A stretch of DNA of 64,000 bases from an uncultured Candidatus Rokubacteria bacterium (GTDB lineage: Bacteria; Methylomirabilota; Methylomirabilia; Rokubacteriales; CSP1-6): contig CAVWWD010000008.1 of assembly GCA_963758635.1 (NCBI GenBank), positions 896,001 through 960,000 of the forward strand. Direction: 5' to 3'. The notes beneath the pieces were generated by a model. The model was not told the DNA's origin. It made no database searches and was given only the letters and a program-made list of their open reading frames with translations. The position numbers and the translations under genes are program-made. Positions 1 through 8,914 of this stretch are shown piece after piece. The stretch's first letter is position 1. Each line of letters starts with the position of its first letter.

Positions 1-102
1 CCCCGCATTTTCCCCCGGAGACGGCCGGTCGGCGAGGCGATCATGGCGTTCGACTTCCACGGGGGTATCGACGAGATCGTGGCGCGGGCGGGGCGGCGAT
101 GA
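1..102 (+). CDS. 3' end of an unidentified gene (partial, runs off window)
   Basis: Frame 1 reads PRIFPRRRPVGEAIMAFDFHGGIDEIVARAGRR then TGA at 100-102; converges on the next gene. Confidence 0.4.
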   Translation, partial: PRIFPRRRPVGEAIMAFDFHGGIDEIVARAGRR

Positions 103-129
103 GCACGCCCCGCCCGTCCGGCGCGACCG

Positions 130-1116
130 CTACTTCTTGAGCGCGAACTTCTGGAAGGTGTGCGTGCCCTCGGGGGCGAGCCCGCGGCTCACCGCGAAGG
201 TCCAGGTGACCTCGCTCACGTAGACGTCGCCGCGGGAGTCCACGGCCAGCCCGTGTGGCGCCGCGAAGCTGCCGGCGGCGGTGGCGTCCGGTCCGCCCCA
301 GCGGGCCAGGAGCTTCCCGTCCCGGTCGAACACGCTCACGCGGCCCGGGCGCGGCACCGTGATGGGCCCGTGGCGCTGCGAGGTCTGTCCCGTGTGCCAC
401 CACAGCTCGGACACGTGGGCGCGCCCGCCGGCGTCGAACACGATGTGGGTCGGGCGCTGGGTGTCCGTCCACTCGCTCAGGTACTCGCCGTCGGGGCTGA
501 AGATCTGGATGCGGTCGTTCTCACGGTCGCACACGAAGACGCGGCCGTCGGCGGCCACCGCGATGCCGTGGGGCAGGTGGAACTGGCCGGGCCCCGTCCC
601 GGACACGCCCCACGACTGCTTGAGCTCGCCGCCCGACGTGTAGCGGTGGACGCGGCAGTTGCCGTAGCCGTCGGAGATGTAGATGTCGCCCTTCGGCCCG
701 ATGGCGAGGTTGGTCGGCCGGTTGAACGGCCCGGCGGCCCGCGGGATGTTGATGGAGTCCTTGCCGTCGTAGCCCGTGTCCGACGGCGTGTCCATGGTGC
801 CGAGGGTCATCAGCAGCTTGCCGTCGGGCGTGAACTGCCGGACCGTGTGGTTGCCGTCGTCGGTGCACCAGACCGTGCCGTTCGGGCCGATCGTGATGCC
901 GTGCGTGCGGTAGGTGAACTGTCCCTCGCCCCACGAGCTGAGGAAGTTGCCCTTCTGGTCGTAGCGGATGATCGGGTGATCCCCGCGGCAGATCAGGAAC
1001 ACCCGGTCCTCGCCGTCCACCGCCACGCCCGCGACGTCGCGGTGCGCGTACCCCGTGGGGAGCTGCTCCCATCCCTCGACCACCCCGTAGCTCTGCGCGC
1101 CTGACTCTCCCGCCAT
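130..1116 (-). CDS. NHL-repeat beta-propeller protein (peptidyl-alpha-hydroxyglycine alpha-amidating lyase family)
   Basis: Start MAGESGAQSY with GGAG RBS; repeated NHL motifs (FNRPTNLAIGPKGDIYISDGYGNCRVHRY, FHLPHGIAVAADGRVFVCDRENDRIQIF). Confidence 0.88.
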   Translation of the reverse strand: MAGESGAQSYGVVEGWEQLPTGYAHRDVAGVAVDGEDRVFLICRGDHPIIRYDQKGNFLSSWGEGQFTYRTHGITIGPNGTVWCTDDGNHTVRQFTPDGKLLMTLGTMDTPSDTGYDGKDSINIPRAAGPFNRPTNLAIGPKGDIYISDGYGNCRVHRYTSGGELKQSWGVSGTGPGQFHLPHGIAVAADGRVFVCDRENDRIQIFSPDGEYLSEWTDTQRPTHIVFDAGGRAHVSELWWHTGQTSQRHGPITVPRPGRVSVFDRDGKLLARWGGPDATAAGSFAAPHGLAVDSRGDVYVSEVTWTFAVSRGLAPEGTHTFQKFALKK

Positions 1117-1239
1117 CGTCTCGGCCTCCTGCGCCCGGCGGTTTCCGAGGCTCGTTGCCGGCCGCTCGCGCTGACTATGGGTGACGCGCGCGCCGGCGTC
1201 AAGGCCGCTGCCGCGGCGTGCGGTACAATCTGCGCCGCC

Positions 1240-2031
1240 ATGCTGGTCCGCGCGCTCCTCATCTTCGTGCTCCTGCCCGTGCTGGTGGCGCTCGTGACGT
1301 CGGCCCTGTCCACGGCGGCGCCGCTCGCCGCGGTGCTGCGCCGGCCGTCGCGCGGGCCCGCCCTGCGTTTCGGCGTGGACACGCCCGCCTTCCGCAACGA
1401 CAGCCGCATCCATCACAAGGGCAAGCCGGACCTCTACGCGAACTGGTGCTTCGTGCTCGCGCGCGCCGTCACGCAGTTCCAGCGGTTCGCGCGCTTCGAC
1501 CCGGACGCGCCGCGCGTGGCCGCCGCCGAGTACTCGCGGCTCGTCCGCGAGGTCACACGCCGGGCTCCGTGGCGGGCGCCGCTCCACCCGGAGGACCGGA
1601 TCGTGATCCCGGGCTTCGCCTCCCTCCACGCGCTGACGCGGGCCGAGGAGGCGGCGGTGAAGGCCGGGCTGCGGGGCCGCCTCTGGACGCTGCTGCACCC
1701 CACGAACTGGCGCATCGTGTATCCGCACGTGCGCTCGCACCAGCGGCGCGTCGCCGCCGAGACGGTGTCGGAGCTCCAGGACGGGCGGCCCGTCCAGCTC
1801 TTCATCACCGACTTCCCCGGGCTCGGGCTCGATCATTCCGTGCTCGTGTTCGACTACGCGGTGCGGAGCGCGGACGCTCTCGACCTGATCGTGTACGACC
1901 CGAACGACCCGGGCGCCCCCGGCTGCATCCGCTTCGATCGCGACACGGGCTGGTTCCGTCCTGCGCCGCTCCGCGGCGTGGCGTCGCCGCGCCTGCGCGC
2001 GTTCCGGATGTACTGCTCGCCGCTGATCTGA
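1240..2031 (+). CDS. secreted/membrane-anchored hypothetical protein, probable papain-like (Cys-His-Asp) fold
   Basis: Hydrophobic N-terminus MLVRALLIFVLLPVLVALV; motifs NWCFVLARA, DHSVLVFDY, VYDPNDP; TACAAT -10-like box just upstream. Confidence 0.65.
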   Translation: MLVRALLIFVLLPVLVALVTSALSTAAPLAAVLRRPSRGPALRFGVDTPAFRNDSRIHHKGKPDLYANWCFVLARAVTQFQRFARFDPDAPRVAAAEYSRLVREVTRRAPWRAPLHPEDRIVIPGFASLHALTRAEEAAVKAGLRGRLWTLLHPTNWRIVYPHVRSHQRRVAAETVSELQDGRPVQLFITDFPGLGLDHSVLVFDYAVRSADALDLIVYDPNDPGAPGCIRFDRDTGWFRPAPLRGVASPRLRAFRMYCSPLI

Positions 2032-2112
2032 CCGCGCCGTCCTTGACACCGCGCCGCGCGCGGGCAGAGAATCCGCGCGTCGCCTCACGTCTCTCACTCG
2101 AAGGAGGACACC

Positions 2113-2430
2113 ATGCTCGCGATCTGGGTGAAGGTGAAGATCAAGCCGGACCAGCGGAAGCGGTTCCTGGACGCCATCGAGGCCGACGCGCTCGGCTCCG
2201 AGCGCGACGAGCCGGGCTGTCTCCGATTCAACGTGCTCCAGGACGAGCAGGACGAGAACGTCTACTACTTCTACGAGGTCTACAAGGACCAGGCGGCGCT
2301 CGAGGCGCACCGCGCCGCCCCGCACTACGCGATCTGGCGCGCCGCCGCCGACACCCTCGACGGTCCCACCGCGCCCACGCGCTGCAAGCCCGTCTTCCCG
2401 GCCGACCGCCCCTACTGGGGGAAGGTGTGA
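2113..2430 (+). CDS. antibiotic biosynthesis monooxygenase (ABM/LsrG-like) protein
   Basis: 105 aa; DEPGCLRFNVLQD, YEVYKDQAALEAHRAAPHY; AAGGAGG RBS; TTGACA at 2043. Confidence 0.9.
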   Translation: MLAIWVKVKIKPDQRKRFLDAIEADALGSERDEPGCLRFNVLQDEQDENVYYFYEVYKDQAALEAHRAAPHYAIWRAAADTLDGPTAPTRCKPVFPADRPYWGKV

Positions 2431-2434
2431 TCGA

Positions 2435-2559
2435 CCCCCTCTCCCCTCCGCGTCTGGGAGAGGGGAGGGTGAGGGGCGGTCGACACGAGCACGCCGGGTC
2501 GCCGCTGAGGTCGTGCGACGGCCCCTCACCCCGGCCCTCTCCCCGGAGGGGAGAGGGGG
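2435..2559. repeat. REP-like CCCTCTCCC/GGGAGAGGG composite palindrome
   Basis: CCCCTCTCCCC..GGGAGAGGGGAGGGTGAGGGGC and GCCCCTCACCCCGGCCCTCTCCCC..GGGGAGAGGG between convergent genes; second copy at 34002-34110. Confidence 0.8.
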
Positions 2560-2568
2560 CAGCGGAAG

Positions 2569-3132
2569 CTAGCGCTGGCCGAGGGCGCGGTTCGCGAGCT
2601 CGACGGTCTGCTTGTCCACGTCGAAGCGGCGCGTCTGCTTGGTCTCGACGTCGCCGCCCGTCACGCGGATGAAGAACGTGTCGTCGCCGAACTCGATGGA
2701 GTGGATGTCGCCCACCGCGAAGACGGCGGCGTGGCCGGGCTCGTTCAGGAATTCCTTCTGGAGCGTGACCTCGGCGTGGCCGGGCCGGCTGCCGTCGTCG
2801 AGGCGCCGCCAGCGCCGCATGAGCGTGGGGTTCTTGTAGTTGCCGTAGATGACCCAGCACGGGCCGTGGTCGTGCACGGACGACTTCGACCCCTTCTCGC
2901 GCCCGTGGACGAGCACGTGAACGTCGGTCACCGGATCGTGGCCGATCGTCGTGCGCTCGCGGTAGGGCGGGGGATCGCCGAGGTGCTTGGTGAGGAGCTC
3001 CGGGTTGTGCAGGAGCTTCTCCAGGTGGTCGCGGATCTCGGCGAGCCCGGACGGCACGCCCTTGGTCTGGATGGTGGCGCGCGTGTCGGCGAGGAACTGG
3101 TCGAGGGTGTAGGACGTGGCGTCGTTGGGCAT
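2569..3132 (-). CDS. cysteine-dioxygenase-like cupin metalloenzyme
   Basis: HDHGPCWVIYG and GDIHSI give the 3-His pattern; AAGGAGGAG RBS. Confidence 0.75.
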   Translation of the reverse strand: MPNDATSYTLDQFLADTRATIQTKGVPSGLAEIRDHLEKLLHNPELLTKHLGDPPPYRERTTIGHDPVTDVHVLVHGREKGSKSSVHDHGPCWVIYGNYKNPTLMRRWRRLDDGSRPGHAEVTLQKEFLNEPGHAAVFAVGDIHSIEFGDDTFFIRVTGGDVETKQTRRFDVDKQTVELANRALGQR

Positions 3133-3153
3133 GCGCTCCTCCTTTTCGAGACT

Positions 3154-3549
3154 CTATCCGGCGGGCGTGAACATCGGCACCGGCGGGCCACCGTCCGAGG
3201 GCTTGAAGGTGACCGCGACGCGCTGCCCGATGCGGATCGCGTCCAGGTCGCAGTCGACGATGTTGGTGAGCATCGTCGGCCCTTCCTCGAGCGTCACGTA
3301 GGCGATGGCGTACGGCGCCTCCGCCCGCTTCATCACGCTGAACGAGTAGACGGTCCCGCGCCCCGAGGCCTGGCGCCATTCCGTCCGGTCGCTCATGCAG
3401 AAGGGGCAGAGGGTGCGCGGATAGAAGTGCGGCTGGTTGCACGCGGCGCAGGTCTTGATCATGAGCTGGCCCTTGGCCGCGGCGTCCCAGAAGGGCTTGG
3501 TCTCGGGGTTGACCGGCGGCGCCGGGATCACGCGCTCCTTGGCGGCCAT
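3154..3549 (-). CDS. Zn-ribbon/OB-fold protein (DUF35 family), thiolase partner
   Basis: PFWDAA, CAAC..CPFC, GRGTVYSFSV, LEEGPTMLTNIV. Confidence 0.92.
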   Translation of the reverse strand: MAAKERVIPAPPVNPETKPFWDAAAKGQLMIKTCAACNQPHFYPRTLCPFCMSDRTEWRQASGRGTVYSFSVMKRAEAPYAIAYVTLEEGPTMLTNIVDCDLDAIRIGQRVAVTFKPSDGGPPVPMFTPAG

Positions 3550-3553
3550 GGCG

Positions 3554-4724
3554 TCACTCCCTCTCCATGATGACGGTGGCGCTGCCATGCCGGGTCCCCA
3601 GCGAGCCCCCGGTGCCGTGGGCGAGAGCCACATCGCAGTTCTTCACCTGCACCTTCGGATGGGCCTCGCCGCGGAGCTGGCGGACCGCCTCCACCACCTT
3701 GGTCAGCCCGCCCCGGTTCGCCGGGTGGTTGTTGCAGAGCCCGCCGCCGTCCGTGTTGAAGGGGAGCTTTCCCGTTCCCGAGATCAAATTGCCGTCGGCG
3801 ACCAGCTTGCCGCCCTGGCCCTTGGCCGCGAAGCCGAGGTCCTCGAGCTGAATCAGCACGGTGATCGTGAAGCTGTCGTAGATCGACACGTACTTGATGT
3901 CCGACGGCTTCACGCCCGCCTCGGCGAAGGCGATGGGGCCCGACTGCGCGGCGCCGGAGTACGTGAGGTCCACGCGCCCGCCCATCTGGTGCTTCACCGC
4001 CTCGCCGCAGCCGAGCACGCGCACGCGCGGCCGCGACAGCCGGCGCGCCACGTCGGGGCTCACCACCACGATGGCGCCGCCGCCGTCGGTGATCACGCAG
4101 CAGTCGAGGCGGTGGAGCGGCGAGGCGATGATCGGGGAATTCACGACCTCCTCCACCGTGACCACGTCGCGGAGGAGCGCGTGCGGGTTGTGCTGGGCGT
4201 GGTGCGACGCCGCGACCTTGATCCACGCGAGCTGCTCGCTGGTGGTGCCGAACTCGTGCATGTGCCGCTGCGCGCACATCGCGTACTGGTTCACCACGGT
4301 GGGCCCGTACGGGAACTCGAAGCCAACGTCCGGCGGCCCCGCGCCGGGGTTGCGTGGCGCCGTGCCGGTGGCCATGCCCTCGGCCCGCGGCCGGCCGGCC
4401 AGCGTGATCAGGGCGACCTCGCACTTGCCGAGCGCGATGGCCTGCGCGGCGTGCCCCACGTGGACCAGGTACGAGGACCCGCCGGTCTCCGTGGTGTCGA
4501 AGTGCCGGAGCTTGAGCCCCATGTAGTCGGCCAGGGACAGCGGGCCCAGGCCGGGCGCGTCGCCCGCGCAGTAGTACGCGTCGAACGTCCTGCTTGCCGA
4601 GCCCGGCGTCCTGGAGCGCGCCCAGGGCCGACTCCGCGTGGAGCTGCGCGAGGGACTTGTCGTCCGCCTTCCGGGTCGGGTGCTCGTAGATGCCGGCGAT
4701 GTAGGCCTTGCCCTTGATGCTCAT
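3554..4724 (-). CDS. thiolase-domain protein (SCP2-thiolase type); frameshift near 4580
   Basis: N-terminal MSIKGKAYIAGIYEHPTRKA joins a frame with DCCVITDGGGA, YDSFTITV, NTDGGGLCNNHP, AVRQLRGEA. Confidence 0.9.
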
Positions 4725-4744
4725 GTGCGCGGGTTCCTCGCTCA

Positions 4745-4852
4745 GGGGGTTGGAGTGCGAACGGTCCGAGGCATGACCGCGACCATGGTACCCGAACTGC
4801 CGGTTGGTGAGCGATCGGGCCGAGGCGCGGCCGCGACCATGGTACCCGAACT
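4745..4852 (-). promoter_or_regulatory. 54-bp imperfect tandem duplication containing a -10-like TACCAT, upstream of the thiolase operon
   Basis: CCGCGACCATGGTACCCGAACT identical at 4777-4798 and 4831-4852, with similarity across the whole 54-bp unit. Confidence 0.6.
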
Positions 4853-5483
4853 CAGGGGCCGACGCCGAGGCTCGCCATGTAGTGCGCGAGGTCCTCGATG
4901 TCCGCCTCGGTGAGCGTCTGGGCGATCGCGGTCATCTGGCCGTCGAGGTCGCTCGTCGTCTTGTCCTTGTAGCCGCGCAGCCGGCGCCGCAGGTAGTCGA
5001 GATCCTGGCCGGCGAGCCGCCCCACCGCTTGCTGCCCCATCAGCGTGGGGCCGTGGCACGAGGTGCAGTGCAGCGCGGGGGCGAGACGGGCGCCCGCGGC
5101 GACGCGGGCGGGATCGGTCGCGGCGGGCCGGGCGACGGCCTTCTGGGCGGCGTAGTGCGCGGACAGATCCGCCATGTCCGCGTCGGTGAGCCGCTCGGCG
5201 AACGGCGTCATCTGCGGATCCTTGCGGCGCCCGTCGCGGTACATGATCAGCTGCCAGTGGGTGTAGAAGACCGGCATCGCCGAGATCGACGGCATGCCGG
5301 GGATGGTGGCATTGCCGCCCGGGCCGTGGCACGCCGCGCACACCTCGGCCTTCTTCCGTCCGGCCTCCAGGTCGGCGGCGGTGGCCGCGCCGGCCCCGAC
5401 GCATCCGATGAGCAGCGCCGCGATGAGTTGGCGACAGGCGCGGCCCGGCGAAAGCGGGCGAACCGTGACGTGAGTTGACGCAT
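4852..5483 (-). CDS. di-haem cytochrome c (c4/c553 type); start uncertain, probable frameshift in the signal peptide
   Basis: CAACH and CTSCH haem motifs, distal Met in DPQMT and GQMTAIA; ATG at 5483 (MRQLTSRFARFRR) is out of frame with the hydrophobic segment. Confidence 0.88.
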
Positions 5484-5516
5484 GGTGCGGGCGGGCGAAG
5501 CCCGGGTGCCCGCACC
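5484..5516. repeat. REP-like palindrome, family A, copy 1
   Basis: GGTGCGGGCGGGCGAAGCCCGGGTGCCCGCACC; near-identical at 23046-23078 and 61104-61136. Confidence 0.85.
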
Positions 5517-5538
5517 CGGTGATCGTCAACCGGGTCCG

Positions 5539-6744
5539 TTACGGCCCGTACGTCACCCGGTAGATGGCGCCCGCGTAGTCGTCGGCGATCAGCAGCGAGC
5601 CGTCCTTCATCTGGCGCGTGTAGACCGGCCGCCCCCAGACCTGGTCACCCTGCAGCCAGCCCTCGGCGAATACCTCGTAGCGCGGCACGTCGCCGGGGCG
5701 CAGCGTCACCATCATCACGCGGAAGCCGATCTTCTGCGTCCGGTTCCACGAGCCGCGCTGGGTCAGGAAGGCGCGGTTCTTGTACTCGGCGGGGAACATC
5801 GAGCCCGTGTAGAACTCAACGCCGTTGCCCGCCACGTGGGGCCCCGTCTTGATGAGGGGCGGCGCGAACTCGCCGCAGCTCCGCTCCTTGCCGAACTCGG
5901 GATCGGGGATGTCGCCCTGGTGGCAGTACGGAAAGCCGAAGTGCAGGCCCTTCTTCGGCGCGTGGTCGAAGCGGTCGCTGGGCACGTCCTCCCCCAGCCA
6001 GTCGCGGGCGTGGGTCGTGAAGTAGAGCTCCTTGGTCGCCGGGTGCCAGTCGAAGCCCACGCTGTTGCGAACGCCGTGCGCCCAGTACTCGAAGCCGGTC
6101 CCGTCCGCGTTCACGCGCGAGATGTTCGCGTGCGTGTCAGGCGGGATGCAGATGTTGCAAGGCGCCCCGATGTTGAAGTAAAGCTTCCCCTCCGGTCCGA
6201 AGGCCAGGTACTTCCAGCCGTGCGGGGCATCCTTGGGGAGCGTCTCGTACACCACGGTGGCGGCGGGTGGGCTGTCGAGCTTGTCCTCGATGCCGTCCAT
6301 CTTCGTGATGCGGTGGATCTCCGCGATGTAGAGTGTGCCGTTCCTGAAGGCGACGCCGTTGGGCTGGTTGAGGCCCTTGGCGATCGTCTTCACCTCGCGA
6401 CTGGCGCCGCGATCGACGACGGCGTACACGTTGCCGGCCACGCGGCTCGACACGAACAGCGTGCCCTTGTCGCCCCACGTCATCGCCCGGGCGTTGTTGA
6501 TCCCGTGCGCCCACAGGCTCACCTTGAACCCCGGCGGCACCTTGATCTTGTCCACCGGGATCTCGCCCGGGGCCTTGGGCGCGGGCGGCTGGGCGATGGG
6601 GGCGAGAGGCGAGCTGGCCATGTCGGCCGGCTGGCCCTGCTTCCACGGCGGAGGCGCCGGCTGCTGGGCGGACGCGGGCATGAACCACAGGGTCAGGGCG
6701 CCGACCAGGAACGAAGCGAGGACGATCGCGACGATGCGCCGCAT
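5539..6744 (-). CDS. PQQ-dependent glucose/sorbosone dehydrogenase family protein, secreted
   Basis: Signal peptide; HGWKYLAFGPEGKLYFNIGAPCNIC, GVRNSVGFDWHP, GSWNRT, GRPV..DGSLLIADD. Confidence 0.9.
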   Translation of the reverse strand: MRRIVAIVLASFLVGALTLWFMPASAQQPAPPPWKQGQPADMASSPLAPIAQPPAPKAPGEIPVDKIKVPPGFKVSLWAHGINNARAMTWGDKGTLFVSSRVAGNVYAVVDRGASREVKTIAKGLNQPNGVAFRNGTLYIAEIHRITKMDGIEDKLDSPPAATVVYETLPKDAPHGWKYLAFGPEGKLYFNIGAPCNICIPPDTHANISRVNADGTGFEYWAHGVRNSVGFDWHPATKELYFTTHARDWLGEDVPSDRFDHAPKKGLHFGFPYCHQGDIPDPEFGKERSCGEFAPPLIKTGPHVAGNGVEFYTGSMFPAEYKNRAFLTQRGSWNRTQKIGFRVMMVTLRPGDVPRYEVFAEGWLQGDQVWGRPVYTRQMKDGSLLIADDYAGAIYRVTYGP

Positions 6745-6945
6745 GGTGAGCCTCCCTGTCGAGTCCGATACGTGGGCGGTTACGCGAGGCGCGGGCCTTC
6801 GCGGGCGAACGATACGTCCGCCGTCGACAGCATGTCAAGGACCGCACCCGCCGCGCTCTGACCGGGGTGATCGCGCGCCCGCGCCCTGTATCCCGGGTCT
6901 GACGGTCTGGTCCGCCGGCGTGCCGTGCCGTACGATGACGGCGCG

Positions 6946-8885
6946 ATGGACGTGGAGCCGGCCGGACGCCTCGTGGAGGGACTCGACCTCGCCGCGGGGC
7001 TCGCCCGGCTCGGGTACCGCGAGTTCCGGCCCGGCCAGCGCGAGGCGATCGAGACGCTCCTCGGGCACGGCCGGCTCCTCCTCGTGGCGCCCACCGGGGG
7101 TGGCAAGAGCCTCACGTATCAGCTCCCCGCGACCCTCTGGCCCGGCACGTCGCTCGTGGTTTCCCCGCTGATCTCCCTGATGCACGATCAGGTGCAGGCG
7201 CTCGCCGCGCGCGGCGTGGCCGCGACCTTCCTCGCCTCCACGCTCGAAAGCGGCGAGATACGCCGGCGGATGGGCCGGATGGCCGCGGGCGCGTACCGAC
7301 TCGTGTACGTGGCGCCGGAACGTCTGACCTTCCCCGGCTTTCGCGCGCTCCTTGCCGACCTCGACTGCCCGCTGGTCGCGGTGGACGAGGCGCACTGCAT
7401 CAGCGAGTGGGGTCACGACTTCCGCCCGGAGTACATGGAGATCGGCGCGCTGCTCGCCGCCTTGCCCGGGGCGCGCGTGCTCGCGTGCACGGCCACCGCC
7501 ACGCCGGTGGTGCGCGACGAGATCGTCTCGCGGCTGGGCCTGCCCGCCGACACGCCCCAGGTCGTGCGGGGCTTCGCGCGCCCGAACCTCTCCCTGCGCG
7601 CGGTCGAGGTGTCGGGCGCGCGCGAGGCGCGGAGCGTGGTGGATGCCGCGCTCGCCGAGGCGCTCGGCGGGCCGGGCGGGGCGCGGGGCACCGCCATCGT
7701 CTACGCGCCGACCCGGCGGCGGGCGGAAGAGGAGGCGGAGCGCCTCGCCGGGGCCGGCTGGCGCGTCCGCGTCTATCACGCCGGGCTCTCGCCCGCGGAG
7801 CGGGATCGGGCGCAGCGGGACTTCGCCGAGGGTCGCGCCGAGATCGTCACCGCCACCAACGCGTTCGGCATGGGCATCGACCGCGCCGACGTGCGCGCCG
7901 TGGTCCACGTGGGTCCGCCGGGCTCGCTCGAGGCGTACTACCAGGAGGTGGGGCGGGCCGGGCGCGACGGCGACGACGCCCTCGGGCTTCTCCTCGTGTC
8001 CCCGCGGGACCTGCCGCTCCGGCGCGCGCTCCTGGAGCGCGGCGGCGAGGGCGCGCCGCCCGATCCGGCGCTCGTCGAGCATCGCTGGAGCATGTTCCTC
8101 GAGGTGATCCGCTGGGTGGAGGGCGGGAGCTGCCGGCACGACGCGATCCTCAGATACTTCGGCGACGAGGCCGAGACCCTCGCGGGCTGCGGGCGCTGCG
8201 ATACCTGCCGCGCGCTGGAGGCCGGCGGCGAGGCGGGCCGCGACCCCGCCGAGGTCGCGCTGATCGTGCGCAAGGCCCTGTCCGGGGTGGCGCGCGTGCA
8301 CGGCCGCTTCGGTCTGCAGATGGCGCTCAAGCTCATCCACGGTGACGCCGATCCGCGGCTCGAGCAGAGCGGACTCACGCAGGTCCAGACGTGGGGGAAC
8401 CTCCGCGAGCATCCGGAGGCGTGGCTGCTGAGAGTGCTGCGCCGCTGCGTGACCGCGGGGTGGGTGAGCTTCTCGGGCGCGGATCGGCCGGTCGTGGTGC
8501 TGACCGAGGAGGGGCGCGCGGTGATGAGGGGCGAGCGCCCCGCGCGGCTCCTCCTGCCGTCCGCCGGCGGCGGCGGGCGGCGCGCGGCCGCGCCGCGGGA
8601 CCGGACCGCGCCGAAGCGCGTCGCGGAGCTGGCCGCCGCGCCGGGAGACGGGCGGCGAGGACCTCTTCCAGGCGCTCCGGCGAGAGCGCCTCAGGCTGGC
8701 CGGCGAGGAACGCGTCCCCACCTACGTCATCGCCAGCGATCGCACGCTGCCGGGACATCGTCGCCTTGCGGCCGCGGACGCTCGACGAGCTGCGCCTGGC
8801 CCACGGCATCGGCCCCCACAAGGCCGAGCGCCACGGCGCCCACTGGCTCGCGATCGTCGCCGGCGCCCGCAAAGACGGTACCTGA
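6946..8885 (+). CDS. recQ: ATP-dependent DNA helicase RecQ (helicase, Zn-binding, RQC, HRDC); frameshifts in the HRDC region
   Basis: APTGGGKSLTYQLP, VDEAHCISEWGHDFRPEY, ATNAFGMGID, YYQEVGRAGRDG, CGRCDTC; HRDC-like RPRTLDELRLAHGIGPHKAERHG in another frame. Confidence 0.93.
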
Positions 8886-8914
8886 CCTCCCCGCCAGGCA
8901 GCCCGGATCGACCG

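Noticed and set aside
1117..2529. Long N-terminal extension of the 799-aa ORF, and the many other Arg/Pro/Ala-rich ORFs in the track
   Set aside because: Shadow ORFs from high GC content, overlapping real genes in other frames or on the other strand
4777..4852. 22-bp direct repeat with a 32-bp gap as a mini-CRISPR
   Set aside because: The gap is itself similar to the sequence before the first copy, so it is a 54-bp tandem duplication; there are only two units and no cas genes
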